From: Sminthopsis crassicaudata
Lineage: Eukaryota
Reading direction: 5' to 3'
Length of the DNA stretch: 64,000 nt
Assembly: GCF_048593235.1 (NCBI RefSeq)
Contig: NC_133619.1
Span: 419,519,644-419,583,643, forward strand
Position 1 is the first letter of the stretch. Each line of letters starts with the position of its first letter. Under the pieces are notes generated by a model. That model was not told the DNA's origin. It did not search any database and saw only the letters and a list, made by a program, of their open reading frames with translations. The position numbers and the translations under genes were made by a program. Positions 1 to 13,967 of the stretch are shown here, piece by piece.

Positions 1-1723
1 TAATTTATATAAAATTTCTTATGCACTTAGAAGAACTTTCTTTGTCTTCATTTCCTAACATAAAAGACCTAAAAGTTATAAAAGGGTTGTTTTTTTAATG
101 GAATTTACTCAAAAAGATGAGTTATTCCAATTTAATAATAGATCAAGAAGGTTCAAACATGGGCCTTTCTTTATTCCAGGTTTAGCATTAAATTTCTAAT
201 AGTCCACTCCCCCTCTAGGATCCAACAGGAGAAATTTAATATTTGTGGGATTTTTTAAGTGGAAAAATTGGACTTTTTAGATCTATTTCTGCTTTGAATG
301 GTATTTATATGCAGTGTTATTTATCATAAGTCACTTGCTCTTTGAAGCCTTTTGTACAAACACTATTATAAAAAAACAAACAAACACAAAAACATCCCAT
401 CTTTCAGGTCCAAGTCACTTGCCTTTTCAAAAATATTACTATAGATGACAGGAAGGGCACTCTCAGATCTTTCTCCATATCCTGAGTAATTCATTCCATG
501 AACTAGTCATTCATTTTAATTTATTATATGTTTTCACTTTCTATATCATCAATTTGGATTTTTTGCTTAAAGGGAAAAACACACACATGGGTTTCAGGAG
601 TGAATTAATGCTCTAGCAAGTTGCATGATAGAACAGTAGGGCAGTTAACTGTCAATTATGAAACCAAGTTTATAACATATTTACTGCCTCCAGGCTTGGT
701 CTGATAATCTTCCTTCCAAAATAAAAAATCCTTCAGCAAAAAGTCTCTGCCAAGTGATTTATGTTTCTTTGAACACTTAATTTCTTTCACTGTTAGGATT
801 TTATCAATTTTCTCATTTTATCTTATTTGATTCTTTTCAGTACTCTACATTACTCCTTCATAGTAATGCCAGGGGAACTCATAAGACTAGATCTACAGAA
901 TACCCTTTCTCTTAATTATTCCTACCTCAAGACCAATGATTAAACTATATCAAAAGTGCTCTATAAGACAGTCCAAATTATATACAATAGTTATCTTATT
1001 GTTATTATCTTAGTTCTTCCACAAAACTAAACTTATATCTATCCCAAATTTATATATTGTAATTTTATAGTACTTCAAAAGTTACTGTTTAATTTTTAGA
1101 AAGCATAAATCATATAAATTGTGCTATTTTAAGAGTATAAGGACATTCTGCCTTAGGAATTTGCAATGGACATATTTTAATAAAAACTAGATCTTATTTT
1201 AAAAAGGCCCCTAACTATGAATCTAAAATAGATAATATAATCCATAACACAAAAGAAAAAACTATGCAAAAAGCATATGAAGAATATTTTAATTTACCCA
1301 GTATGAAACAAAAAAGACTCAGATGTTAGTGATTAAAAACTTGAGAATTTAAAAAGACTGATAAAGTTAGAATTTGGCAGGTGGGTATAAAACTTATCTC
1401 CAAGCACATAGGTTATTATAAGCCAAAGATTGTGATTAATAGAAGAATATGGTACATATGACATGTTTATATTTTTATCAAAATATTCTTTCTGGCATGG
1501 CAAGACAGCTAATCTAAATTGCCCCTAAAGATAACCTCTAAATTAAGATATTTTTGAAAGTCTCCATGACATCACTCACAGTAGTTTTAATATATTCTTA
1601 GGAGTAAAATCAATGTTAATAATATTGAAAAGAAGGGAGAAAATGGAGTTGGAACCTAAACAATGCTTAATCTGCCATAACAGCATTCATGATATTCACA
1701 GAGATTTAACAGAGTTATCACTG

Positions 1724-1877
1724 TTTTTATTTATTTATTTTTGCTGAGGCAATTGGGATTAAGTTACTTGCCCAGGGTCACCCAGCTAGGAAGTAATAAG
1801 TGTCTGAGGTCAAATTTGAACTCAGGCCCACCTGACTTCAGAGCTATTGTTCTATTCACTGTGCTACACAGCTGTCC
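1724..1877 (-). mobile_element. Short CORE-SINE, WSINE1-like
   Basis: T-rich tail then gctgaggcaattgggattaagttacttgcccagggtcacccagctaggaag...tttgaactcagg...cagctgtcc, resembling the young Australian-marsupial short SINE; flanks tcactgttttta / tcactatgtttta resemble a degenerate TSD. Confidence 0.75.
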
Positions 1878-2077
1878 TCACTATGTTTTAGATAAAGAAA
1901 AAATGGCACATCAATACATATAACATAATGAAAAGTCACAGTTGAAAAAGAAAGAACTTTATTGTAGAAACATTTAAAAGAAATTATAAAGTGAAGCAAT
2001 ATGAGGTTACAAAAGATTTGTGTTCTTTGATTATATTCAATGAAATTCACTGATCCTAGCTTAAATATGTAACTAAT

Positions 2078-2083
2078 TGTGTG

Positions 2084-2140
<57 letters not shown>
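2078..2140. repeat. (TG)n microsatellite with one interruption
   Basis: Seen directly; produces the HTHT/CVCV pseudo-ORFs. Confidence 0.98.
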
Positions 2141-2142
<2 letters not shown>

Positions 2143-2837
2143 CAGAAAAAGGATTCAAACAAATCCAAGTTTCTCCACCTCTAGGCCCCAAAATTAATTC
2201 ACTGAACTCTATTAACATCATAATTTGGCTGGGCATAAAATGTTACTTGACTATGAGTAGTAACCACCTCTGGAATTCTGGACATTTATAAATCTGTAAA
2301 TGAAAGGGTTAGACTAGTTGACATAAGGTCTCTTTCAGTTCAAGATCTAGGTCCAATACAAATTATTTTTTTATTCCCAAAATATATATCTTAGATATCC
2401 TAAACGAGGGTTTTATTTTATCTATTTTTTTATTGGCAGGATCTTTTTGGTAATAAACAATTCAATTTTTTATTTGGACATCGAACAAGAGAAAGAATCT
2501 AATGTCACCTTTGTAGAACTGGAAAGGATTTTGTTCTAAAATACCATTTCATTGATGAGGATATGGAACCCCAATCATTTTTCTTTCTTTTTTTTTTAAT
2601 AGCATATTACTGTTCCACTTACACATGAAAATAGCTTTCAACATTCATTTTTGTAAGATTTTGAGTTCTAAATTTTCTAAAAGAGGGTTCTAAGAATAAT
2701 TAATCTTCCCAACAAAATGTGAAAAGTTGCCTTTATTTTATTTACTGAAGAGGAAAAACTATGATCTCTAGAAAGTAGAGGTAAAGCACAAATATACCCT
2801 ATATTTTGTCATTGCTTGGCAAACATTGATCATTCTT

Positions 2838-3664
2838 TTTTTTTTTTTAAATAATTATAGCTTTTTATTTACAAGATATATGCATGGGTAATTTTTCAGC
2901 ATTGACCCTTGCAAAACCTTTTGTTCCAACATTTCCCTCCTTCCCCCTACTCCCTCCCCAAGATGGCAGGTAGACCAATACATGTTAAATATGCTAAGTT
3001 ATATGTTAAATACAATATATGCATACATATCCATATAGTTATTTTGCTGCACAAGAAAAATCGGACTTAGAAATAAGGTAAAATTAACCTGAGAAGGAAA
3101 TAAAAAATGCAAGCAGACAAAAACAGAGGAATTGGAAATGCTATGTTGTGGTTCATACTCATTTCCCAGAGTTCTTTCACTGGGTGTAGATGGTACTCTT
3201 CATTATTGAATAAATGGAACTGATTAGGTTTATCACATTGTTGAAGAGAGCTACGTCCATCAGAATCGATCATCATATAGTATTGTTGTTGACGTATATA
3301 ATGATCTCCTGGTCCTGCTCATTTCACTCAGCATCAGTTCATGTAAGTCTCTCCAGGACTTTCTGAAATTATTCTGCTGGTCATTTCTTACAGAACAATA
3401 ATATTCCATAACATTCATATACCACAATTTATTTAAGCCATTCTCCATTGATGGGCATCCATTTAATCTCCAGTTTGTAGCCACTACTAAAAGGACTGCC
3501 ACAAATATTTTTGCACATCAGATCCCTTCTTTAAGATCACTTTGGGATATAAGCCCAGTAGTTACACACTGCTGGATCAAAGAGTATGCACATTTTGATA
3601 ACTTTTTAAGCATAGTTCCAAATTGCTCTCCAGAATGGCTAAATGTATTCACAATTCCACTAAC
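2838..3664 (-). mobile_element. 5'-truncated LINE-1: ORF2 C-terminus, 3' UTR and poly(A)
   Basis: Minus ORF 3260..3502 reads NWRLNGCPSMENGLNKLWYMNVMEYYCSVRND...WRDLHELMLSEMS (L1 ORF2 C-terminus); poly-T at the left end; 16-bp TSD aacattgatcattctt (2822-2837) / aacattggccattctt (3665-3680), 14/16 identical. Confidence 0.93.
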
Positions 3665-5449
3665 AACATTGGCCATTCTTGAATAGACATGAAAGAAAGA
3701 GATGAGAAGGTTGTGTACAAAGAAGAACCAATAGACCAGTTTCATCTGGTTCAAAATCCTGAGAAGTAATCAGAGAGTTTTTTTGTTTACCTGGTTAGTT
3801 TTTTGGGGTTTTTTGGGGGGAGGGGTAGGGGGCATCTGCAACCTTTTTCCATAAGTTGTTTTTTTCCCTTTATTTTCTTTTCCTTTTTTTTTTTTTTGAA
3901 AATCCTATTCCATGAATTTTCATATAAAAATAAATAATGATAGTGTTTCCCAGATTGAGAAAAATGTTCATAATGGTACACCAGAGATTCATCTGTGCTT
4001 AATGTTGTTTGTTAAAATTGTCAACCCCAAAGCATTTATTTACTATGTGATAGGAAGGACCAAGACATAAACATAGAAGATGACAATGTCAAAATAGGAA
4101 CATGTGAAGCCTGGAAGAAAAATGTAATTTGGTTTCAGGCCCAAAAAGAATTCCTCAGCTTAAAAAGGATTTTTAAAAGCAAATTAGAGAAGTAGAAAAA
4201 TATTAGGAAAAGAATGAGAGTAATGTAGGAAAATAATGAAAAAAGAGTACATACTTCTATCACACCTCTACTTACTACATATGTGAGCTAAAGCAAATTA
4301 TATTACTTCTCTTGACCTCAATTTCCCCTATAAAAAGCAAAGGGAGTTGAAAAGATGACTTCTGAGGTTTCTTATAGCTCTAAATCTATGACACTTTAGT
4401 TTGTTTTTTTTTAAAAAGTTTATGTTTTGGCTTGAAAAAACTTAAGGGGCACATGCTAATTGTTGTAAAATACTTTGTGGGCTATTTTGGGGAAAAGATA
4501 TCCAACTTGTTAATGTGTAGGGGAAAGAAATAGGAACAAAAAGGTAGAAGTTACACAGAAGCACATTTAAAATAGTTGGCTAACATACACACATACATAC
4601 ATACACACACACACATATACACACCCTTTTTCTTTTTAACAATTTGAACCATCCAAAACTAAACTGGGCTACCTCAGGAAGCAGTTCTTCAAGCAACAAC
4701 TGGATGTCTGGTCTGATATCTTGTAGAGATGATTCTTTGGATTGAACTATTTGACTTCTGTGGCCCCTGTCAACAATAGAATTCTGTGATTCTCTATGTG
4801 AGTCTTGTCCATGTCCTCCCATAAATCCTTCTTCTCCAGCTTCCATAAATCCACTGAGCATCTACTTAATATATCAGAAACTTTCATCTAGATTTCATTA
4901 CCTACGAACTAATATAACATTCAGGTTGTCCATTCTCTTCTCTATGATCTAGTTTCATGATTGACCCACAACCTATTCTTACCATATGTGTTTTACAATA
5001 TTACCTGAATGCAAATCATCAGCAATGCTAGAGCCTGCCTACAAAGACACAGACACAGACACACACACACAGACACAGACACACACACACAGAACTTCCC
5101 ATTATTTTTTTAGTGACCCATAATTTTTACCATCACAGTCAATATTATTTTTTTTTCATAGCCTTATTATAGAATCACTGAAAAATATTCAATTTCAATT
5201 TTTTTTTAATTTTCAGCTTAAAAATAGATCTAGGTCATTGAAAACATTGCATAATTTCTTTAAAATAAGTTGATCCACATTTTTTCTTCATCATCCTAAT
5301 GGAAATGCTTAGACCCTTAACCTCTATTTAACAATGAGCTAAAGAGGAAAGTTTCCTACAAATTCCTCTAAATGAATATACTACACTGAAACACTCTTCA
5401 GGATGATTAAAAATCAGTTACACGAGGACTACACAGAGAAGGTATGGTC

Positions 5450-6050
5450 AATAACAATTTGTATGAAAAATATTTGTCGATTACAGTAGGCTACAAACTC
5501 AAAAGGAGTTAAATGTGAAAGAGAACATCCAGAAAAAGCTAACATACTCTTAATGTTGGATTATCAGGCTGAGTCTATAATAAAGGAGATGGATAAATAG
5601 AATTAAATACATTGTACTAAGTGCTGTATTTAGGAAAAAACACTGATAAACTGCTGAATATCTAGAGAAGGATGCCTAGGATGATGAGAAGACAGGAGAC
5701 CACGCAATGTATGGATAATTTGAATAAAAAGATGTTTCACCTATAAAAGACATGATACTTAAGTAAGAAAATATAGCAGCTGTCTTCCGTATTTGGAAAA
5801 CTATCATTTTGCAAATTAAACTTATTCTATCTTTTTCACAGAAGAACTAGAGTAAGAGATATAAGCTGAAACAAGAAAATACAGGCTTTGTGACAAAAAA
5901 ACCCACTAATGATTAGAATTGTATAAAAGTAGAATGGGCTTCTACAAGAGACAGTGACTTTCTTAAGTCCTGGAGCTAGATGATCACTTGCTAGGGATAT
6001 TTGGAGAAGATTCCTATTCAGGTAAACATGCCTTTTCCAATTCTGAAATA
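5450..6050 (+). mobile_element. Degenerate L3/CR1 LINE 3' region
   Basis: gataaactgctgaatatctagagaaggatgcctaggatgatgagaagacaggagacc resembles the CR1/L3 ORF2 end; boundaries approximate. Confidence 0.7.
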
Positions 6051-6245
6051 TTCTGATTTCCCATGCTGATTCTTCCTCTGCTCACAAAGTATTTCTTTAA
6101 ATAATATACTATAGAACTTCATCATCAAGGAATGTCAAGTTTATTGGACAACAGTTGGAAGTATCTGACTTATTTTTCTCCTGTTTTACTTTCTTAGAAG
6201 TCAGAATATTCACCCATTTCTAATTCCAAAGAATCTTTCTTCTTC

Positions 6246-6556
6246 TGTTATATGGGAGCTACCTGCTGGGTCTAACTCAGATCTGTAGAATTAATCTCTT
6301 CATGTGAGAGGATGATGATGATGATACAAGGAGACTGAGAGGCAGTTGCTGTTCTCTGACCTCTTGACTAAGAGGCAGTTGCATTATCTGACATCTCTCC
6401 TCTTTCCTCTGCCTCCAATTTATTTCACTCCCAATCCACAAGGAACATCTTCAAAGGCTGCTTAGCAATTCCTTCAAGTATTATGGTTTACAGCTGTGGA
6501 GGCTCTCAGAGAATTGACCTGCCCCTTCACTTAGGCATGGTCCTTAACTTTTCTCA
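6246..6556 (-). mobile_element. Probable solo LTR (about 311 bp)
   Basis: TG...CA termini, GC-richer than flanks, AATAAA on the minus strand near 6420; flanking 4-mers cttc/catc differ by 1 base. Confidence 0.6.
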
Positions 6557-9500
6557 CATCAAAAATGATAAAGAGATATTTAGTATTCACAGTCATTTGT
6601 GCTTTTAAGACCTAGGACATAGGTCATCTGGGCAAGGTAGATGCCCTAATTAAATTCAAATTACGTTCTCTCTTATCATCTCCTCACTTTTTTGAGGTAT
6701 CAGTTTCCTATTGATTGTTTTTTTTCTAGACTTTCCAACCTGAAAAACCATTCTTTTGGGTAAAGAATATACTAAAATAGAACCATGACTATATCAATTT
6801 AGATATCTCCTTTAATGATACTGAGTAAAGTCCATTGGTTACCTATTCTTTGTGACTCATACCTGTCCTTCCATAAATTTTCCCCAAAGTATCCACCCAA
6901 TGCTATGAGGTAAAGGAGAATTCTCCTTAAATTTCCTCTTACACTGAAATCATACTAAGGGAGAACTTGGACCTTATTGATCACTTTTTTCACATGAGTC
7001 TGCCATCCTATCTTCATTTGTATTCATACATGCTCCTGATGACATCTTTTGGTAGAGAAAGCATAAGGAAAATATGAACTAATTAGCTTTGTCTTCTTTA
7101 TACAATGTAATATATTGTTATCCAAAATAGGTATGGCTCTTATTTCTTTGACCTTCCTTTTGCTCCTGAAATAGCTAAAATTATTTTTCATTGATTTTAG
7201 CATTTATTAGTACTAACACAAAGTAGGTGCTTAATAAATATTTGTTGCTTATCACAAACCTTAGTTCTATTAAGCTTTATTCTTCCCATTACTAGTCTTA
7301 CAGTACCCTACTATACATATTTTACTTGTCAGTCATCTGTTTTCCAGTTTATGTAGATGCCTTTTTAAAATCATCATTCATCATTAGATACCTCCCCTTC
7401 ACTTCTCTAATGCAGTAATGGTGACTCTGTCACCAGGATTTTGTTCCTAAACAGTGTCTTATCCCTTTGGAGGTAAATTTACTAATAATCTCAGACTATG
7501 TGATTTTCCATAGCTTATTACTAAACTTTTTTGCCCTTTAAGGTGGGTTAAGATTATACCAATCATTCCTTTCAGACACCTCTAGTGTCACTATTCATAA
7601 GTGTTCTGTTATTTGTAGTCCAAGCCCTAATTAAACTCAAAGTTTAAGTATAACATCCTCCCCCTCCAAAAAACCCCCAACAATCAGATCTTAACATCAA
7701 ATCAGTTCTTAAAATTAGTTAAACTATTCACTTGGAATTACCAATTAAGAGAAATATCATGGCTTTGACCTTAATGAGTTAAAATGTGGACTCATCTACA
7801 TGAAAAGATGAAGTGGAAGGAAAGAAGAAAGGCCCCAGGTGAAATCAAAACCAATCATGAGAAGCAGAGTTGACTAGATAACTAAAGCCAAAAATAAAAA
7901 CAAAAGATGTTTTGACCTCAGTATTTTTTTGCCAAAACCTTTCTGAAAATGGATTTTATGGGGCAATATTTGATTCTAATTGTTCTTAACATACTATTTA
8001 GGGACTATATTATTTTGATAAATATCTTTTTTTCCTAACAAGTTAAACATTTACTAGAACCCAGCACTTTAGCTATCCCAAATGCCAAATAACTTTGTCT
8101 TCTCTAAGAATACTTAATCAAAGCTTTTGGATGTTTCTCCAAAAAAAAAAAAATCAAGGAAAAATCTTTTAATTATATGTTTACCAAAATCCTTTTGGGA
8201 GACAGGGTAAACAATGTGGAACATTTCCTCCTTTATCCAGTTCATGTGAGTGTTGGAGATAAATCTGTTTGCTCATATCATCATATGTTTTCAGTTATTT
8301 GTCATCTTTCTATTGGCATCCACATATTTATTAATGCTATCTCTGACATATCAAATGACTTCCTATAAATATCCATATCTACTATTCATATTGAGATATG
8401 GGAGCAAAAACCAAAGATAATCTTAAGAAGCCATGCAAAGCCCTACAAATAAGAAAGAATGATTATAAAGTACAGGCAAAGGTACCTACACAATCTAAAT
8501 GATGTATGGGGTGTCTTTCAAATCTAACAATCTATGATTATATCATTATGTTGTAGACTGTAGCACATACTTAAACATGGAGACTTTTCACAATAGGGAA
8601 CTTCTATCTTTTTGTGTTATTGGCCTCCTTAAGATAATCTCATCAACCACTGATGGGAATCATCTTCAAGAATGCCCTATTAAACATCCTTCTAGAAAGA
8701 GTAACCAGAAGAAGAAAAAAAAATTCCTGTACATATATATCATATCCCCACGTGACCTTCAATGTGCTGATTCCTGCTTATTCAGGAGAAACTATTCCAG
8801 GAATAAGAAAAAAGATACGGCCACCATATCATCTTACTGACAATGATGGGTCTTTTTACCCAGTTCTTCAGTTCCAACCCCCATTTCTATTATATTTTAA
8901 TTCTATCATCCTGTTCACTTTCATACCTATATACTTTCATCTGACACCATTAACATCATATGAATGTAAAAGCAGTCATGTAAAAAAAACATAGCAACAA
9001 AGTAAAAACACATATACCTTAGTTGAATAAACTACCTGTTTCTTAACAAGTAACTATGATACTGTGCAGATGGCTTTTTTCCCCTCAAAGATTAAGGTCC
9101 TTATAAACAAAATTTTACCTTCATTTAACTCAATATACTTGTTTAATTCAAATTATCCTGAGTGTAGTATTGTACTACAGCTTATCTTGCTTCTATTTGC
9201 ATTATTACATATTATGATTTTTTATTTTTGGAAGGAATCTGAGAGATTATTTATTCAAACCATTCCACTTTAACCGATGAAGAAACTCTCTCTAGAGAGA
9301 ACATTTAAATGCCTAAGATCAGACAAGTTATTTTGTGGAAAGGCTGAGATTCAAACCTAGATGAAACTCAGGCCTTCTGAGTTCAATTCCTATTCTCCTT
9401 TTCCTGTATTATTGTATAGTTTATCTGTCACGTATTATTGACCATTTTGTTGCCTTCCCAGTTTTCTTCACTTTGCATGCAACCTATAGGGAAATGCTTT

Positions 9501-10239
9501 ATAGATAAGAAGTTAGTCTCCCTCCTTCAGAGAACATTTACAACAATACATTTCTATTTTGCTTTTATATGAGTATAAAATACTGACTTCTTTTTATATC
9601 ATATAGTAGGATATGTTTGGAAAAAGATGAGATACAGGAGGGGAGAGCAATAGAGGTAGGTCAAATTCTGAACACCTCCTAACCTGGGCCCTCAGCAGTG
9701 TGGCTTCATTATTTCACTTAAATAAAATTTCAGATACAATAATAATATCCTTATGGAAAATATGAATTATTTTCTGATTATTAATCTGTTATTTAGGATT
9801 ACCCAGATTTCTGTCTAATAATGACAAGATAGTGGGAACAGAGATTGAACTAAATTGTATCTGATCTACAGGCATTAAATAATGCCCATGAAAATAATTG
9901 TTTTTATATATTATACTATTTAGAATTGACTCTTTCTTGAGTTATAAGAAACTATTGGAATGATGCCATACACACACCTTTTGGTGCTAAGGATCACTAC
10001 ATAGTAGCAGAGTGGGCTACACAGTATCTTTCTCTTTCAAAGGAAGATTATGTTTCTACACAGAAATGTCAGGCTTTCTAATAGAGACAATGGAAAGAAC
10101 TCTAGAGGAGTTGGAAATAGGTTCTTTCAAAATACAAACAACTCTAAAAGTTGTTCATGCTTTATATATTTGGAGATCTTTTTAAGATGTAAAATTCCTA
10201 TCTCAAATAGGAAAATGACCAAGTGCTTTAGAATCTAAA

Positions 10240-10790
10240 GTACTGAATGGTGAACTGTAAGCTCACTATGAGTCAGGAGTATGGTATGGCAGCCAAAAAT
10301 GCTAATTGGGATCTGAGGCCACATTAAGAGAGGCACAGCTTTCTGAAAGAGAAAGTTGATAGTTTTGATATACTTGGTCATGGTCAAACCATATGTAGAG
10401 CACTGTATTCAATTCTGAGCATCCAAAAGAATATAATCAGGATGGTGAAAGATCTCAAATTCAAGATTCATAAAGATTCTCTGAAAGAAAAATGAGAATA
10501 TTTAGCCTAAAAAAGGATAACTTTCAAGGGAAAATGAAAATAATTGTCTTCAAGAATTAGAAAAGTGTTAAGAAGAATTAGTATCACTCTGACTTCACAG
10601 GGCAGAATGAGAAGCAGTTAGTATAAATTGCAAAGATGCAAACTTAGGCTTGATTTATTTTTTTAAACTCTATATAAAAAACCTTCACAGCTATCCAAAA
10701 GTGAAATGGGTGACCTTGACAGGTAATGGATTCCCCTTTATTGTAGACATTAAGTAAAATGTACTTAAGCTCTCTAATCTACAACCATTA
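10240..10790 (+). mobile_element. Degenerate L3/CR1 LINE 3' region
   Basis: ggcagccaaaaatgctaattgggatctgaggccacattaagagagg and cactgtattcaattctgagc are typical CR1/L3 ORF2 remnants; boundaries approximate. Confidence 0.75.
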
Positions 10791-12806
10791 AAAAATACCC
10801 AAGAAAATAGTTAAGATTGGTTTTTGTGATCAGCATTTTTATTATTTTGAATTGTCCAGTTTAAAGCTGGAAAGAAGCATGGGAATTGCTTTACAAATAA
10901 GAAGAACCCAAGATACTGAAAAGTTTGAAAATTATTCAAGGTCATTTAGCTAATTAGTGGCAGCATCATATGGGATAACCATTTATTAGGTATGTTGTGG
11001 TGGGAATTCTTTTTAAGATAAGCTCTTCTAGATGGCAGCTAATGTCCTTTCTACTTCTAAAATCTATATGATTCTATGAAATAGACACATTAAGATAGAA
11101 ACATATGTATATACATAATTATCAAAGAATAGCAAGAAAAACACAAAAGATATAATTTCTTTTTCATTTACTTAGGAACAAGAGAATTACCTCACAGAAT
11201 TTCCATTATTTGATAGAATATATTTTGGTGCATTATCTATTTCTCTTATCATTAAATTCTAAGCTTCTAGTATTACAACACATTTTCTTCTCCAGAATTT
11301 ACTGTTGAGATCCTCCCTCAATGTTGATAATTATAATTGTAAATAGTGATAAAGTATTCAATTATGCTCCACATATAACTTATAACTGAGAGATTCCATA
11401 GTTACATAACTAGAGAGATGGTATCTGTCAGGAACTCTTGGCTTCAAGTTCCCTACACATGTTCATGTGTGTGTACATACATGTCTACAATGTATAACCC
11501 TGGGAACTCTTTTAAATTCTCAATGATCCAGGTAAATATTAAATCTATAAGCTGCAGGGCAGATGCTGATTTGTACTGGAAAAGAGGACTTTTCCTCTGG
11601 TAATTTCCTAGCCCATTGAAATCATAGCAACAGACTAAAGAAAAATGAGAGTTGTTAAGATAGTAGGGCAATTTTAAACAAACTACAAATATATATTCAC
11701 ATAACAGTTAAATCAAAAATTAAGTACCTGGGGGCTATACATATATTTCATTAATTCTACCAGTATTCAAAACTTTTCTGATAACTGCTTTGGAACCTCC
11801 TCAAAAACAAGTTTAAAATAATACAACTAATTATCTTGTGGGGTTTGTAAAGCCATATCTTCACATGGATATACACAAAATCATGTTCATATATTCCAGA
11901 GAATAGGAAAAGAGAGTTGTTTGTGCCTCAATATATTTATTTTAGGGCTTTAAGTAGACAAAATAAATTAGACACAAAAAGATATAAGATATAAAATGCT
12001 TACTTTCCTTTAATATTATGCAATCTAAAAGTTGGAGAGATCTTAATAAGCCAGTTAGCCCAACTCATAACCAACCAAGAATGCTTTGTATAAAAGTACT
12101 TAACTAGTGGAAGTTTTCAAGCCTTTGCTTCTAGAACTCCAGAAATGGGAAATTCACTGTTTCCCAAGAAAAATCATCCTCATCCTATTTTTGAATACCT
12201 TTTATTTTAAGGAAATTTAAATTTCCCTCTCCTAAAATTCCATTTACTAGTATTTATCTTGCTCCCTAGAGTCATTCAAAACAAATTAACCCCTTTTCTA
12301 GATAACAGCTCTTTCAAATACTTAAATTCATCTATCACATTCTCCTTTCCCCAACCAGATTAAAACAAACAAACAAACAAAAAAAAAAACAAAGCAAAAC
12401 CTTTTTTTTTTTTTAATTTTCCAAGTTAAACATTCCTAGTTACTTCTATCAATCCTCAAAGATAAAGTTTTCCATGCCCTCTGAATATGCCTCAACTTGT
12501 CAATGCCTTTTTGTAGTACTTGGTACTCACAAATGAATATAATAATAGAAATATGTTCTTGATCAGGCAGATTATAGGATTAGAATTTTCCTTTTTCTGA
12601 ACATTAAGCTTCTGTTAATTTAGCCTACAAAAGACAAAGGTTTGGTTCTTCAAAATGTAGAATTTGGTGAAACTTATTATTTTAAAACCTCATAATCTTA
12701 AATCCCATTGGAGTAATCTAACTTGTATTTCAAATGAATCAACTATTAACTATCTACACTTATGAGAGGTAGGCCAGTTTGGTGGTTAGAGAACTGGCCC
12801 TGGAGT

Positions 12807-12914
12807 CAGAAGATATGTTCATGTTCTACATTTATTTAACCTTTCAAATGCATCAAACTTCAGAAGATGTGTTCATGTTCTACATTTATTTAACTTCTCA
12901 AATGTATCAAACTT
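12807..12914. repeat. 54-bp tandem duplication (2 copies) in a MIR-like head
   Basis: cagaagatatgttcatgttctacatttatttaacctttcaaatgcatcaaactt at 12807-12860 repeats at 12861-12914 with a few substitutions. Confidence 0.95.
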
Positions 12915-13074
12915 CATGGGCAGAGGGAAAATAAATATGGCATAGAATGCATAAATATAATTCTACCTCCAATAACCCCTCTTATAAACAGGCTAGAGAA
13001 TCCCTCAAGTCACAGCCCTGCCTTTGAGCACTGTAGGAATTCTATTCTCTCAAGAAAAGGGTGAGAAAAATATA

Positions 13075-13108
<34 letters not shown>

Positions 13109-13589
13109 ATATGTTTAAATATATTACATATATCTTACATAAAACTAATCCTTACATAAAACTAATGCTTTTTATGACCAACAATGGCTTGCACACAGGA
13201 AATACCATTAAAGACATTCATAACCAAAATAGGATATACTTCAATGATATAGCAAAGATGGGAGAAAACCAATAAGATATTAAAAGAAACCAAGGAATTC
13301 CTGGTATAAGCTCAATAGATCTTCCATTTTAAGAGTTTATAGAAAGGCAAGGACAAGAATCACACAAAATGAGTAGGCATGAAGGAATTAAGAACTGAAC
13401 TACTGGAAACAATATCAACATTTAGATAATCTAAATATCTAATTCTGCCTCAATATGATCAAATAAATACCTAAATACTGGATTCTTTAGGGAAAAAAAG
13501 TCTATCTCTGTAAATAACTTATCCTTTTGAATGTTATCGCTAAAAAAGTAGTGTAAAACTCATATAGAAAATGGGAGATGGGTGGGAGG

Positions 13590-13770
13590 AAACCACTAAA
13601 CCATGCATATGAATCTCTGTGGCTCATATATTGACTTAGAAAAAAACACATCTTAAAAGTATTTCTGTTTTATTGAATTTTTACTTATTTGGCTAAACAT
13701 TTCCCAATTACATATTATTCTGGTTTGACTGCACCTGGAAATATAGTGGGCTGCATGTCTGATATCTCTA
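13590..13770 (+). mobile_element. Marsupial MITE-like interspersed repeat (MdoRep1-like)
   Basis: attgacttagaaaa...aaacatttcccaattacat; a second inverted copy lies at about 34155-34335; left boundary approximate. Confidence 0.6.
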
Positions 13771-13778
13771 GTCTAGAT

Positions 13779-13967
13779 CTTAGTTACTTAAACTGTGGTT
13801 AGTGACCTCCACATGGATTCTTGTAACTGAATGTGCAGCTCATGAAATTATGATTATCAATAAATATTTGATTTGTATATCTATTTTATATATCTATATG
13901 CCTGGAGTCATATAAAAATTTCTCAGGTGAAAAGAGGTCATTAGTGGAAAAAGTTTAAGTAGCTCTG
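13779..13967. mobile_element. hAT/Charlie-type MITE
   Basis: 15-bp imperfect TIRs (cttagttacttaaac vs gtttaagtagctctg, 12/15) and 8-bp TSD gtctagat/atctagat matching the NTCTAGAN Charlie target; second copy at 28420-28593. Confidence 0.8.

Noticed and set aside
8577-8994. Zinc-knuckle-like GNHLQECP in the 87-aa ORF and the overlapping 113-aa ORF
   Set aside because: The upstream CxxC is missing, the lysine run comes from an A-tract, and no family was recognised; the lone GGTCACGTG E-box at about 8749 is too little to call
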